Shown here in pieces: positions 39,110-52,934 of a stretch of DNA of 64,000 bases. This DNA is from Octopus vulgaris (Eukaryota). The notes beneath the pieces are model-generated. The model did not search any database, was not told the origin of the DNA, and saw nothing but the letters and a program-made list of their open reading frames with translations. Each line of letters starts with the position of its first letter. Positions within the stretch are counted from its first letter, which is position 1. The translations under genes were made by a program, and so were the position numbers. The stretch lies in assembly GCA_951406725.2 (NCBI GenBank), contig OX597843.1:17546001-17610000 (forward strand), given 5' to 3'.

Positions 39110-39197
39110 GTCTGTCTATCTATCTATGCGTTCGTGTGTGTGTATGTGTCTCTATGTATTAAACACATGCATACACAAGCTCATACAAGTATAAACG

Positions 39198-39309
<112 letters not shown>

Positions 39310-39649
39310 CATACATATAAATATTACTCGTACATGCAGACCAGACACACGTATGTTTGCATATTTGTAAGTGTTTTTGTTCGAGATTTAAGCTCTTTTT
39401 AAGAGTGTTAAGAGAGTTCCTGGTGTGTGCAAATATATGGTTGTATTTGTTAGTTGAACTCTCGATACAAGTATATGCATCTATTTCCCAAAAGAATCTC
39501 AGTTGAAGAATCTTAGAAATGTCTTACATATCTTCACTCTGCCGCATACATGGAGGATTTGGGGAAATCGTGTCGATGTTGTTGCTCTTTTTTCGTAAAA
39601 CCTTGTATTTCTAAATTGTTGCGTAAATCTTTAGAGGTATGTGTGCATG

Positions 39650-39697
<48 letters not shown>

Positions 39698-40175
39698 GGT
39701 ATGAATGTATTTCCTCATTTTTCCTTTTAATTTAGAATATTTTGCCTATCCAATTCCTTGGTAGAAGGAAAGCGTCTTTCAATTCTTAAGAAAGTCTTGC
39801 AGAGTTTTATAGTTCCAGATATCGTAATCATTTGTAGTGTAGGAATCAAGGATTTGCATGTATGTATGTATGTGTACGTATGTATGTATGTATGTAGGTA
39901 TGTGTGTATGTATGTGCTTGTATGTATGCGTGTATGTATGCATGTGAGTATGTGCGTGTGTATGTATGTATGTGTGTGCATATATGTTTGTATATGTGCA
40001 CGTATACATGTGTGTATGATTTCAATGTCTCTGATGAGACCCAAATAAGTTATGAAAACCAAGTAACAATAGATATTCATCGTCAAAACTGACGGAGATC
40101 CACAGAAGTGTACATGTTAGCATTTCTGTATAACTATGTGTGTGTATATGTGTTAGTTTGTGTGTGTATATGTGT

Positions 40176-40225
<50 letters not shown>

Positions 40226-41039
40226 ATGTCTTTGAGTTTGTGTACACACATATATATAACACATATTTGTATGTATGTATGTATATATATTGTATACATA
40301 CATACAAACACACACACACATATGTATATATATATATATGTATGTATATGTTCGTTCATACTTTATGTGTGTGAGACATATGTGTGTTTGCATGTATATG
40401 TATATTTATGTATGTACGTCTATTTATGCTCTATGTATATATATATGTGTGTGTGTGTGTGTGTTTGTATGCGCATATGTATGTATGCATATGTATATAC
40501 GTTTATACACTATGTACGTGTGTGTGTGTTCATAATTGGGCAATTACAATTGTTACGAAACCGGAAATGGTGTAAGTACCCTGTAGAATGGGGGTGGTTA
40601 GGTGGGTGGGGCATGGTTGGATTGGCGGTGTCGGGGGGCAGGGGATCGCGGGTTGGGGTTGGGGGTGGGTGGGGTGAAAAAGCAGCGTGGGTATTTTGTA
40701 ACTTGTGAATTGCTGATGTTGTTATTGGTATTGATGTTGTTGTTGTTATTGTTGTTATCCAGTTTAACACGTGAGAACGAGGCTAAACATTTGAGAGAGA
40801 CGCAAGCGGCAATTCATCATCACCACCGCCGCCGACGTCAGAGCCGTTGTCATCATCACCACCGCCACCAGCACCACCACCGCCACCATCCTCCTCTTCA
40901 TCATCATCGTTGTCATCTTCATCACACCACCACCACCACCACCACCACCACCACCACCACCACCACCACCACCACCACCACCACCTCAACCGTCGTAATC
41001 ATCACCATCGTCATCAGCAATATCAGCTAAGCACTTATT

Positions 41040-41101
<62 letters not shown>

Positions 41102-41102
41102 G

Positions 41103-41146
<44 letters not shown>

Positions 41147-41448
41147 GCTACTGTACGACAGCGATAATCTGAATGGGGGATATTAGAAGCGGCGGCGGCG
41201 GCAGTTAACTGTTTGACGCGGATCCCGTGACCTACTGACATCTCGTCTCACATCCCTCTGATCCCACCCCGATCTCACCCCATTCTCAGATTGTCCCCCA
41301 CCCAGACCACCACCCAAAACTTCTTTACATGTTAATACTGTGGGACTGCATATTTACACATATACACATACATGCATACATACATACATACACACAGACA
41401 CACATACATACATACATACATACATACATACATAAATACATACATACA

Positions 41449-41482
<34 letters not shown>

Positions 41483-41693
41483 CATACATATATACATACA
41501 TACATACATACATACATAAATACATACATACATGCATACATACATACATACATGCATACATACATACATACATACATACATACATACACACATACATACT
41601 ACATGCTTACATAGATACATACATATACAGGTACATACATGCATATATACACATTCACACATAGTAACACACACACGCATACATACATACACA

Positions 41694-41727
<34 letters not shown>

Positions 41728-41779
41728 CATACATACATACATACATACATACATACATGCATACATACAAGGAATGTAT

Positions 41780-41935
41780 AGTTGGCTGTGTGTTTAAGAT
41801 ACTCTCTTTGTAATCCCGCGGTTGTCGGTTCAGTCCCGCTGCGCGGCAGCTTGGAGAATTACCTTCCACTAAAGTCCCGTGTCAACCAATGCCTCGTCAG
41901 TGAATTTGGTAGACGGAAACCCTGTAAAAACAGGC

Positions 41936-42019
<84 letters not shown>

Positions 42020-42528
42020 CACACACAATAAACAACAGGTTGTACGGTGCAACGCACAGGTAAATCAAGGAGCGGAAAGGAAAGAACACAATAAAGAAAC
42101 AATAAAACAACACACGAGAAAATGGCTGTGTGGTAAGAAGCTTGCTTCCCAACCAAATACTTCCGGGTTCAGTCCCACTGCGGGGCAGCCTCAGGTCAAC
42201 CAAAACATTGTGAGTCGGAAACTGTGAGAAGCCCGTCGTATATATATATAGATTCAAATGAACAGCTGAATCTTAGTCAGTCAGTTGATGGGCTCCACTA
42301 CCTCAAATGTTCATATATATGTATGTGTGTCTGTGTATATGCTTGTGTGTCTGTGTTTGTCCCTCCAACATCGCTTGACAACCGATGCTGGTGTGTTACG
42401 GTTCGACAAAAGAGACCGATAGAATAAGTACTAGGTTTACAAAGAATAAGTCCTGGGGTCGATTTGCTCGACTAAAGGCGGTGCTCCAGCATGGCCACAG
42501 TCAAATGACTGAAACAAGTAAAAGAGAG
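41780..42528 (+). mobile_element. Degenerate and composite SINE family A copies
   Basis: Heads at ~41782 and ~42123; tail match at 42345-42528. Confidence 0.75.
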
Positions 42529-42529
42529 C

Positions 42530-42829
42530 ATATGTAATGAAATCTAACAGCCTATTTTGCTGGGTATGATGGAAAGTGTCAGCTGTCCACAACCAGCAGA
42601 TTAAGGTGACACTTGTTTACTGGTCATACTTGAAGAACCCTGTGAAGAATTCTTGCAGTTCCAAGCAATGCTGGCTTTTGTAGATGTTCTACCTTCAGAC
42701 TTGCACCAATTGTTTTCAGCCATGTTGGTAGTTGAGTGCTGATACTTCCAAAGACACCAATTACTATTGGTATCACGTCTTCTCTCTTCATTGACCACAA
42801 CCTTCGTATTTCCCACTATTCTTGGTGTT

Positions 42830-42832
<3 letters not shown>
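42530..42832 (-). mobile_element. R4/Dong-clade 3' fragment (subfamily 3)
   Basis: Minus: WEIRRLWSMKREDVIPIVIGVFGSI..QKPALLGTARILHRVL; preceded by (TAA)n. Confidence 0.8.
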
Positions 42833-42861
<29 letters not shown>

Positions 42862-42867
42862 CATTAT

Positions 42868-43462
42868 TGAGTGAGAGAGCAGTGCATGCCATCAAAGTGA
42901 CACTGGGGTAAAATATACGAAGCCCAATATACCCATCATGACTACCCGTCTGATAAGGGTACACCAGGCGCATGCATCACAACCATATGTGCGCGACATG
43001 GTGATCTCGTATCAAGATAAACAGCACATGACCTTGCAGGTGGGGGCCCAGTTAAAATTTTTTTCAGGTTGAGTAGCCCATGCCGCTCAAAAGGTCCCTG
43101 AATAAGGGTTGTTTAAGGATGTTGAAAGAACCACCCATGTTTCCAGAGGTGAACTACTCAAACCCCAAAGAATCCCTCTCAACACATGGCTATGATGCTC
43201 CCCCACTACTTCTGCTCGTGATCAGAGATGCACATATCGTCAGCCACTAAGGGACATGCTCAACTGGTTAAGGTCAAACAACTGACAAGCAAATCTGTGG
43301 TATTGAGCAGAATATTTGCTGTAGCCCATCTTTTATACCAAGACAAAACAATGTACATGATAACACTTCCAATCAGTTAAGATCAGAAGCCATGAGAGCC
43401 ACTGAGTTAAGATCAGAAGCCATGAGAGCCACTGAGTTAAGATCAGAAGCCATGAGAGCCAC

Positions 43463-43463
<1 letters not shown>
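42868..43463 (-). mobile_element. Non-coding-looking insert in (TAA)n with a 30-bp triplication at one end
   Basis: TTA repeats on both sides; agttaagatcagaagccatgagagccac x3 at 43375-43462; orientation is inferred. Confidence 0.55.
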
Positions 43464-43534
<71 letters not shown>

Positions 43535-43539
43535 TTCTA

Positions 43540-43765
43540 AAGACGGCGAGCTGGCAGAATTGTTAGCACGCCGGGCGAAATGCTTAGCGATATTTCGCCC
43601 GACACTACGTTCTGAGTTCAAATTCCACTGAGGTTGTCCTTGCCTTTTATCCATTCGGGGTCAATAAAATAAGTACTATTGAAACAGTGGGGTCGATGTG
43701 ACAGACCAGCCCCGCCCCCCACAAAATTTCAGGTTTTGTGCCTATGGTAGAAACGAGTATTAATA
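43540..43765 (+). mobile_element. SINE family C
   Basis: ggcgagctggcagaattgttagc (A box)..gagttcaaattcc (B box). Confidence 0.85.
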
Positions 43766-44013
43766 TGGATGCTAGCAGCGTGGTCGGCCATTAATCCGGT
43801 ACCAAGCTAGCAAAATGGGTCGATGGGGTCAGCACAGGGTCCATGACTGCCTGGCAATGGAAAAAAGGGGCAGAGGGAATATTTCATTGTAGACACGGCG
43901 TGAAGACACATACATGCAAACACACACACACACACACACACACATACACACACACACACACAGACACACACACACACATACACACGCACACACACACTCA
44001 CGTACACACACAG

Positions 44014-44046
<33 letters not shown>

Positions 44047-44159
44047 TAAACAAAGAAAGGTTTAGAGGAGAGAAGAAATCCTTATTCTACAAAAAATTCA
44101 AGATGACCTTGATGGTAAAAACTCCCCAAGTTTCGCATGAGGGCACAAGGCCAAGCAGG

Positions 44160-44315
44160 AGATAGAGAGGCGGTTCGCCAGTCCGTTGCAGGAGTGATCC
44201 CTTTACAAGGGAGCGGACTGGAGCAACGCAAAACGAAGGCTTTTGCTCGAGGACACAACGCCTTGTCTAAGAATCGAAACCACAATCTTACGATCATGAG
44301 TGTAACAACCTAAAC
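44160..44315 (-). mobile_element. SINE family B (degenerate)
   Basis: ggactggagcaacg..ttgctcgaggacacaacgc..gaatcgaaaccaca. Confidence 0.7.
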
Positions 44316-44329
44316 ACATATATATATAT

Positions 44330-44478
44330 TATCATCATCGTTTAACGTCCGTTCTTCATGCTAGCATGGGTTGGACGGTTCGACCGGGGATCTGGGAAGC
44401 CAGAAGGCTGCACCAGGCTCCAGTCTTATCTGGCAGTGTTTCTATGGCTGGATGCCTTTCCTAACGCCAACCACTCCA
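44330..44478 (-). mobile_element. 3' end of an RTE-associated SINE/LINE
   Basis: Reverse-complement homolog of 29953-30100. Confidence 0.7.
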
Positions 44479-44537
44479 TATATATATATATGTATACATA
44501 TATGCATATATATATATGTATACATATATCCATACAT

Positions 44538-44601
<64 letters not shown>

Positions 44602-44649
44602 CATATATATACATATATACATAATATACATATATACATATTATTTATA

Positions 44650-44723
<74 letters not shown>

Positions 44724-44818
44724 AATATATATATATCTATATGTATATACACATATATGTATACATACATATATACATATATATGTATGCATATATATAT
44801 ATACATATGTACGTATAC

Positions 44819-44849
<31 letters not shown>

Positions 44850-44952
44850 TATATACGTATATATATATACGTATACATATATATATACACACATACGCAC
44901 GTTCACACACAAATATATAAAAAAAATAACCCCCACACAGACAAACACACAT

Positions 44953-44991
<39 letters not shown>

Positions 44992-45866
44992 CTCGACTCG
45001 ACCATTAAAGCTAATTCATGCGAAAGTTGTCTTTGGAAAATTGTTCCATTGAAAAACTCAGAAAATGTAAAGAACATAAAAAATGAAAAAATAATAAAAT
45101 GGAAAAAGTAAAAAAAGAAACCCAGAAACGGGGACTCGTCAGAGTTCCTTCATACTAACCTACACTCTTCACCAATCTAACCACGACCAACACCTACCAA
45201 CATATCACTCTTTAGTTTCTATCGGATTTTTGTTCTCTCGTTTGTATAGTTTTTTTTTCTAGTTTTTTCTTGACAGAATTGCGCCGGGATAACGTTCCCC
45301 CCCCCCAGCCCGCCCCAGGTTTCCAATTATCTTCCCCTCGCCCCTGGCCCACCCCACCGACTGTGCCGTCACCAATTCTAACATCATCAACACCACCAAC
45401 ACCTCCCCTCTTAACATCCTGCACCCCCCCCCCCCTTAGACACACATACGCACGCACGACACCATCCGTTCGTTTCGCTTTCCGTCACTAACCAAACACA
45501 CACACACAGACATATACTCGCATACACATGCACAACATATACACACATACACATACTCACACATAACCACTGTTTCGCTATCGCTTTCCTCTTCAGTTGT
45601 ATCTGTATGCTTTTTTTTATTTCATCTGTTTTAAGGACACACACACACACACAAATACACAAACACATACACACACACACACACAAATACACAAACACAT
45701 ACACACATACACACATACACACACACATACACAAATACACAAACACATACACACACACACGCACACACACACGGACACACACACACGCACACACACACAC
45801 ACACGTACATATATTTTCGACAGTGAAGAGACGCGAATGTCAAACCACTTTGCAAGTGAAAAGAGT

Positions 45867-45910
<44 letters not shown>

Positions 45911-46414
45911 TATATGAGTGTAAGCGTGTTTATGTGTGTGTGTGTGTGTGCGCGTGCGCGCATCTCTTCGTATGAATAGTATTTACAACAATCAAGATAA
46001 GAAATGAAGTGCTTGTGTGTGTGTGTATAAGTATATATATATATGTATATATATATGTGTGTATGTGTGTGTGTGTATGTATAAGTATATATATGTATAT
46101 ATGTGTGTGTGTATGTGTGTGTGTGTATGTATAAGTATATATATGTATATATGTGTGTGTGTATGTGTGTGTGCATGTATAAGTATATATATGTATATAT
46201 GTGTGTGTGTATGTATAAGTATGTATATGTATATATGTGTGTGTGTGTATGTATAAGTATATATATGTATATATGTGTGTGTGTGTGTATAAGTATTTAT
46301 ATGTATATATGTGTGTGTGTGTGTGTGCGTGTGTGTGTTTGTGCTTATGAATATGTGTGTATATGTGTGTTTGTGTAGGTATCTATGTGTGTGTGTATAT
46401 TTGTCTATCTTACC

Positions 46415-46605
46415 TTTTGCTTGTTTCAGCCATTGGACACCGGCCAAGCTGGGGCACTGGCTTTGGAGAATTTTTTTCAGAATGGATCGTGTCCAGGATT
46501 TTATTTCAAGCGTGGTACTTATTATCTCGGACTTTTTGCCGATCCGCTAAGTTACGAGGGACTCAAGCCAGGCAACACCAAATGGTTAAGCAGTGGTGGC
46601 GGACA
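46415..46605 (-). mobile_element. SINE family A 3' fragment
   Basis: ttgtttcagccattggac..ggggcac..ttttgccga.ccgctaagtta. Confidence 0.65.
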
Positions 46606-46657
46606 ACACACACACAGACACATATGTGTGTGTATGTATGCATGCATGCATGTATGT

Positions 46658-47042
46658 AAGAGACTCCGACAGAAACCAAGGCTGCGATTTAAGGACTGTG
46701 TGAAGTCCTCATTAAAGGTCTTTGATATGCAGGAGACTGACTGGGAGAGCAATGCCTGTCATCGCCACAGATGGAGGCAGCAGGTTAAGGAGTGGGGTCG
46801 GCACCTTTGAGGGAGCATGTATTCTGCATGAAGAACTTCAGCGAGCTGCTCGAAAGCGCATTGCTGGTGTAGCGAATTGGGAAAGCTGGGTCTGCAATGT
46901 TTGCAGTCGTGTATGCTTGTCAAGAGCAGGGCTCATTGGCCACCAACGGAGCCGCAAATGCAAAATATAAGTTAGTCCTAGAGCGCACATTGTTCCTGAA
47001 GGTCAGCAATGGTCTTCCTTGGTCATGAGTGGACGGCCATCA
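46658..47042 (+). mobile_element. RTE-clade (BovB-like) LINE 3' end with a C2H2 finger and (TATG)n tail
   Basis: QKPRLRFKDCVKSSLK..DWE..HRWR; CNVCSRVCLSRAGLIGHQRS. Confidence 0.85.
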
Positions 47043-47131
47043 TGTATGTATGTATGTATGTATGTATGTATGTATGTATGTATGTATGTATGTATGTATG
47101 TATGTATGTATGTATGTATGTATGTATGTAT

Positions 47132-47500
47132 GTGACATGCAATGTCTGTGCAAGACCCTGCCTCAGTAAAGCTGGACTCATGAGTCATCTTCGTAGTCAT
47201 AAAACGAGACAGATGAGTGATAACCTGGCCACTGGTGGCGGTGTAACACACCATACTAATCATATCTGTCGGGCATGTGGAAGAGAGTGTAATTCGGCAG
47301 GAGGACTTAAACGACATGCAAAGGTACATGAAGCCCAGTTACAACTACAGCCGACTATTACCAGAAAAGGTTTTAGTTACCAATTCTGTACAAGACATTG
47401 TAGATCTTTAACTGGGCTAAAAAGTCACATTCGATCACAACACCAGTAACAGTTAAGCTGCGTGCAATGACCATACTCGATAACGAGGGGCCAGCCATAA
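47132..47500 (+). mobile_element. Second RTE-like 3' end encoding three C2H2-type fingers
   Basis: CNVCARPCLSKAGLMSHLRSH, CRACGRECNSAGGLKRHAKVH, (Y)QFCTRHCRSLTGLKSHIRSQH; 3' UTR gcaatg..gccat.atgtatg parallels the upstream copy. Confidence 0.7.
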
Positions 47501-47694
47501 TGTATGTATATAAAGTTATAAATAATGAGAGAAACATATGATAAAATTTATCTAACGATTGGAAATTCTTAAATCACAACAAGTGTTTTGCAACTTAAGA
47601 CATGCAACCATAATTTATTTTATTAAGTTTTATAATAAATAAATTATTTACATGTCTCCATTAATATAAACAATCTTTAAATCAATACCGATAC

Positions 47695-47855
47695 TCTTTT
47701 ATATCCTAGGCACAAGGCCCGAAAATTTTGGGGAGGGGGTCAGTCGATTAGATCGATCCAGTACACAACTGGTACTTAATTTATCGTACCCGAAGGGATG
47801 AAAGGCGAAGCCGACCTCGGCGTAATATGAACTCAGAACGTAAAGACAGACGAAA
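47695..47855 (-). mobile_element. SINE family C fragment
   Basis: ctaggcacaaggcccgaaa..gacctcggcg.aat.tgaactcagaacg. Confidence 0.8.
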
Positions 47856-48927
47856 ATCAATACAGATATTAAGTTAGGTCATCAGCTGAGAGAAAAAAAT
47901 CCGCATATAAAATATAATAAAATAAATTATGTTTGCATGTTTTAAGTCACGAAACAATTGTGATAAATTTTATGTTTCTCTCGTTATTCATAACTTTATG
48001 CATCCTTACGTTTTGCTTTTGTATCGAACTGTACATTCTATATTTTGCAGAATGAAACAGTAAGGAGTCTTTTTTTATGAGGACCACCGAACTATTTGAA
48101 TCTATACATTGTGACTTAAACATATATGTATGTATGTGTGTGTTTGTGTGTAGAATGCAAAGGAATAGGGATAGAAAAATCCAGGTGAATACTTGTTTTA
48201 AGCGTCGTGTAGGGAAACAACTTCGCCAACAAAAAGAGACGAATTGTAATCGTTGACAAACATGTCGTCCAAACAATTGCATTTGTAATCTTGTTCTGTT
48301 AGAAGACCAAAAGTTCGATTCTGAAGATTTCAGAGCATGATATATTGCACGAACGGGAATGTGGCAGTATGCATTTTAAAAGCGGAATTTATTATCCATA
48401 TTTTGCTTACGCGGGTTTCAAATGAGCAAATTTCACGTAATGCAATGGCGCCATATTTCTGTGCGTTAACCAGTTCGTATTTAACCGTCTCCACTCTGAC
48501 ATAAATGCAGAAAATCAATAGCAGCCGATGCTCTTAGGATGAAACCCACTGCAAAGAGGATAGAAGGCAGAACCGTGAGGATATAGTCGAAGACTGGTAA
48601 ATGTTGTTCAAAGCCAGCATTGGATGAGGGACCGTTGTCTTTAGAAAAAGTAAATAAAGTTGAGATGATATTGAAACCGGATATATTAGGACTTCCTACT
48701 GCACTCAAACCTTTTTTGCTAACTTAGACAAAAGGGGCCCAGCCTAACAGATTCCAAGTATTACGAAAATATATTATTTGGGTCAGCCATGTTGCTGATC
48801 TGACCCCTAAGGCTTTAGAAAAAGAAATATACGAGGAAGATTGGTCAGTTAAGTTTCAATGAGGAAAATAATCTGTGGCACACATGGGGCGCGCACACGC
48901 ACACATATGGACGCATACACATACGTA

Positions 48928-49060
48928 TGTGGAAGTGGGTGGTTTAGTGGTTAACGTGCTCCAATCATGAGCGTAAGATTCTGGTTTCGATTCCGGGACC
49001 GGCGATGAATTGTAATCTTGAGCAAAACACTCCGTTTTACCTAGTCCATTGCTTGCTCCG
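48928..49060 (+). mobile_element. SINE family B head
   Basis: gtggtttagtggtta..ggtttcgattcc..cttgagcaaaacact. Confidence 0.65.
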
Positions 49061-49109
49061 TTTGTTGTATGTCCGTGTGTACATGTATATATATATATAT
49101 ATACGTTTA

Positions 49110-49513
49110 ATTATTTGTTGTGCAAGATTTTTTATGTGAAGTCGTGTGTTGAAACAGATATTGTTATATTTCGGAATGGTCATTTTGCCAGTTTAGACAA
49201 TAAAAACACATGCACTATATATTTGGTGTTACTTTGCTTCAGTGTTATTTATTTTTTACATTAATCTTAAACTTATTTCGGCCAGAGTTCTTTCGTCATA
49301 CTCCTGTGACCGCATCAGTGGTCCTTTGTTTTCTTCTTTCTTATTTGTGTCTCTCCTTACTAACCGTCGGCCATTTTGTGACGGAAGAACTCTGGCCGAA
49401 ATAAGATTAAGATTAATGTAAAAAATAAATAACACTGAAGCAAAGTAACACCAAATATATAGTGCGTGTGTTTTTATTGGCTAAACTGACAAAATGACCA
49501 TTCCGAAATATAA
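49110..49513. mobile_element. Foldback insert (~137-bp arms) with a hammerhead-like motif at 49280-49324 (-)
   Basis: Arms ~49164-49300/49377-49513; the inverted arm starts inside stem II (tgtgacggaagaactctgg); TA tracts on both sides. Confidence 0.8.
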
Positions 49514-49526
49514 TAATTATAATAAT

Positions 49527-49582
<56 letters not shown>

Positions 49583-49586
<4 letters not shown>

Positions 49587-49790
49587 CGGGTTGCTGAAAT
49601 GTTCCCTGGCTTTAGCTAAAAGAAAATACAGAAGTATGACTTAATTATGATTTTACTCAACATATTCCCCTCTCTGATTCACACACTTATTGCAGCGATC
49701 CTTCACTTTTTCTAAATTCTATAAGAGAACTTTGAAGGTTGGTGCTCCAGCCAAGCCTTTCGCGGTACCTTTAAAGACAGGAACTTTAAT
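49583..49790 (-). mobile_element. Mariner-derived MITE
   Basis: Reverse-complement homolog of 1821-1970; encodes LEKVKDRCNKCVNQRGEYVE. Confidence 0.75.
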
Positions 49791-49976
49791 GAAGCGCTGT
49801 GGGTTCGAGTCCCATGCGTACAGAAAACCCTACTTTTTTCGTCGAGGGCTTATATGTCCCAATATTAAACTATTTTCTGTAGTCATTACACGGTGGTCGC
49901 TTATAAGCTTTAAGATTATAAAATATTATCATTATTGTTTACAGAATTGTAAAAATCGAAACTGCTTACCAAAATA

Positions 49977-50042
<66 letters not shown>

Positions 50043-50139
50043 TACCTACATACATATGTATGTACGTATTTATATATAAACGTCTCTCTCCCTCTTTTTT
50101 TTCTGTGTGTGTGTGTGCATGTATGTATGCATTTATTTG

Positions 50140-51155
50140 TTTACTGTAAAACGGTGTGTCGAACAACATGCCCATAGCCATGAAATTTGGGCAGTGACCG
50201 AAAGAATATGATCAAGAATACAAGTAGCCGAAATAGGGTCTCTGGACTGATGTTACTCGACAGGGTGCGCAGTTCCGATATCAGGGAGTCTCTCCAGGGG
50301 AAGCCACCCCTTCCTCTGCAGTGGGGGATCACAACTTTGGTATAAGGGCCATGGGATTAGAATGTGGCAGGAAAGAATTGCAAAATGGATTCTTCGAGCC
50401 TGGCCAACCGGGGTACACAAAAAAAAAAAATGCTGATTGGATCATATCTATATTTTCAGTGGGGTCTTTGCAAGTTGAGCCCCTACTTCTGTGGATTGAG
50501 AGGTCACAGCTCTTGTATGGCAGACATATGATTAGAATGTCGCAGGGAAGAATCACAAAATGAATTCTTCAAGTTGAGCCAACTGGCAAGAGGCCCAGGG
50601 ATAGACCAAGAAAAATGCTGATTGGATCATATCTATAGTTTCAGGGGGTCTCTGCAAGTTGAGCCCCTACTTCTCTGCATTGAGAGATCACAGCTCTTGT
50701 GCTATCGACATGTGATTCCAATGTCATAGGAAAGAATTGCAAGATCAATTCTTCAAGCTGAGCCAATTAGAAGGAACCAAGAACAAGATTGCTGGTTAAT
50801 CTCCATAGTCTCAGAGAGTCCCCCCACCACCACCACCGGCGAGTCAAGCTGTTATTTCTCTACACTGAGCAGTCCCAGGTATGGTATTATAGACACGAGA
50901 TTAGAATGCTACAAGAAACAACCACGAGACAGATTCTTCAAAGGAGCAAACTGGCAGAAGACTTAGAGGTCGGCCAAGAGTGAGACGGATGGATAATATC
51001 CGGAGTCGCAGAGAGTCTCTTCAGGCCGAGCTTCTTTGCATTGGGAGGCCACAGCTGCCGTGCTACAGATTAGACTGTGATTAGAATGCCATAGAAAGGA
51101 ATCGCAAAACGGATTCTTCAAGCCAACCAGCAAGAGACCCTGGAGTAGACAAAGA
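50140..51155 (+). mobile_element. Degenerate RTE LINE region with ~5 tandem diverged ~180-bp segments
   Basis: QVEPLLLWIERSQL..HMIRM..ILQVEPTGKRPRDRPR; attagaatg..attcttcaag recurs. Confidence 0.7.
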
Positions 51156-51189
51156 AGGCGATAAAAACGGTAAAGATTACCTTTTCGAG

Positions 51190-51422
51190 TCAAACCGACT
51201 CATAAGGACCGGTTTCCCGGTTCCCATGTCACACAAATTCCTCTCCTGGATAGGACGCTAGTCCCTCGCAGGATTACTAATTTTTGTCAGCTGAGTGGAG
51301 TGGAGCAACGTGAAATGAAGTGTTTTGCTTAAGAACACAACGCGTCACCTAGTCCAATAATCGAAACCACAATCTTACGACCATGAGTCCAACATCTTAA
51401 CCACTAAGCCACGCACCTCCAC
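51190..51422 (-). mobile_element. SINE family B
   Basis: cagctgagtgga.tggagcaacgtgaaat..aatcgaaaccac..taaccactaagccacgcacctccac. Confidence 0.8.
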
Positions 51423-51892
51423 TAAGAAGGTAGTTGGATGACATCCAAAGTGTCTGTTGTTCTTGTTTGGGAATCCAGCAGGAAAAGTGTAACGATGGTT
51501 GCTTCCGATAGGACCCTATGGAGGAGGAGGGGCCCGTGGGCTCTACAACCATGGCCCTTGCAAGGAATAATGAGCGGAGAAGACGGATGGATAAATGGAG
51601 GGAATATCTTACCTTGTCTTGCCATAGTGTAGGAGGAATCAGAGCTGGTGAAAACTGGATAGGACCAGGCGGACTGGCTCAGGTTGTTATCTGAATGCAT
51701 TGGTCCTTCGCGTAGCGTTCGTTCTACTTCTTCTGTGGTGAGGGTCGGTATGTGTGCTGCACGTGAGTCGGAGAGCGAACGAAGACGGGGAGAGAGAGAG
51801 AGGGAGAGAAAGGGAAAGAAAGCGAAGAAATGAATTTAAGAATAAGAATGATTATGAGGATGATGATGATGATAATAATAATAATAATAATA

Positions 51893-51942
<50 letters not shown>

Positions 51943-51952
51943 AATAATAATA

Positions 51953-52037
<85 letters not shown>

Positions 52038-52038
52038 A

Positions 52039-52275
52039 TAGGTGCATTAGGCATGATAAAAAAATATTCAGACAAATACATAACAAAAACACCAGGACTT
52101 ACAAACACATATAACATACAGAAAATTGCACTACTAGGCACTGCACACATCCTACGCAGAACACTTTCCATACAATAACCATCAGCGCATCACAACAAAT
52201 CACAGCACATACCCAAGGCACACAGAGCTGCGCTCGGTAGTGAAGTGAAAGCACGCTATAAAAATAAAACTACTG
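52039..52275 (+). mobile_element. R4/Dong subfamily 1 3' end
   Basis: Near-identical to ~14893-15128; in TAA/GAT repeats. Confidence 0.9.
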
Positions 52276-52300
52276 AAGAATAATAATAATGATAATAATA

Positions 52301-52632
52301 ATACCTGTTCTCATAGGAATGATAGCAAAAGGGGCTGATTCTTACCTAGATCAGATACCAGGAAATCCCAAAATGGCAGAAATTCAAAATATAATGTTCA
52401 TGGGAACTGCTCATATCCTATGTAAAATACTTTCTATAAAATCTCAAGTTTTAAAACAAACTTATAATTTTCTTATGCTTTCTTAAACATTCTCTAGAAC
52501 AACACTATGCACAAAACCAAATATATGACACCCTAGGCATAACACCAACTTGAACTTCTAACTTGTTGTCTCTTGAGGTCTCTGGGTGAGACTTGGAGCC
52601 AACTTGTACAAATACAAGGCAAAAGTCAAACA
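52301..52632 (+). mobile_element. R4/Dong subfamily 2 3' end
   Basis: Homologous to ~15312-15666; TAA on both sides. Confidence 0.85.
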
Positions 52633-52644
52633 TAATAATAATAA

Positions 52645-52818
52645 TCCTTTCTACTGAAAACACAAGGCCTGAAATTTGGGGGAAGGGATTAAGTCGATTA
52701 TATCGACCCCAGTGCGTAACTGGTACTTATTTAATCGACCCCGAAAGGATGAAAGGCAAAGTCGACACGGCGGAATTTGAACTCAGAACCGCTAACGATT
52801 CTGCCAGCTCACCACCTT
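52645..52818 (-). mobile_element. SINE family C
   Basis: Homologous to 43540-43765. Confidence 0.8.
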
Positions 52819-52833
52819 GTAATAATAATTATA

Positions 52834-52913
<80 letters not shown>

Positions 52914-52934
52914 TAATAATAATAATAATAATGA

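Noticed and set aside
40025-40100. CTGATGA-GAC...GTC-AAAAC hammerhead candidate
   Set aside because: G12 and the NUH triplet are missing and stem I is unclear; at best a decayed copy.
47009-47449. Host C2H2 zinc-finger gene
   Set aside because: No TGEKP linkers; the ORF start lies in a LINE UTR and microsatellite; the 3' UTR parallels the adjacent RTE end.
48330-48860. Complex sequence possibly coding (also 2640-3060, 51430-51760, 61370-61700)
   Set aside because: Stops or no recognisable motifs in the frames read; cannot be assigned without a database search.
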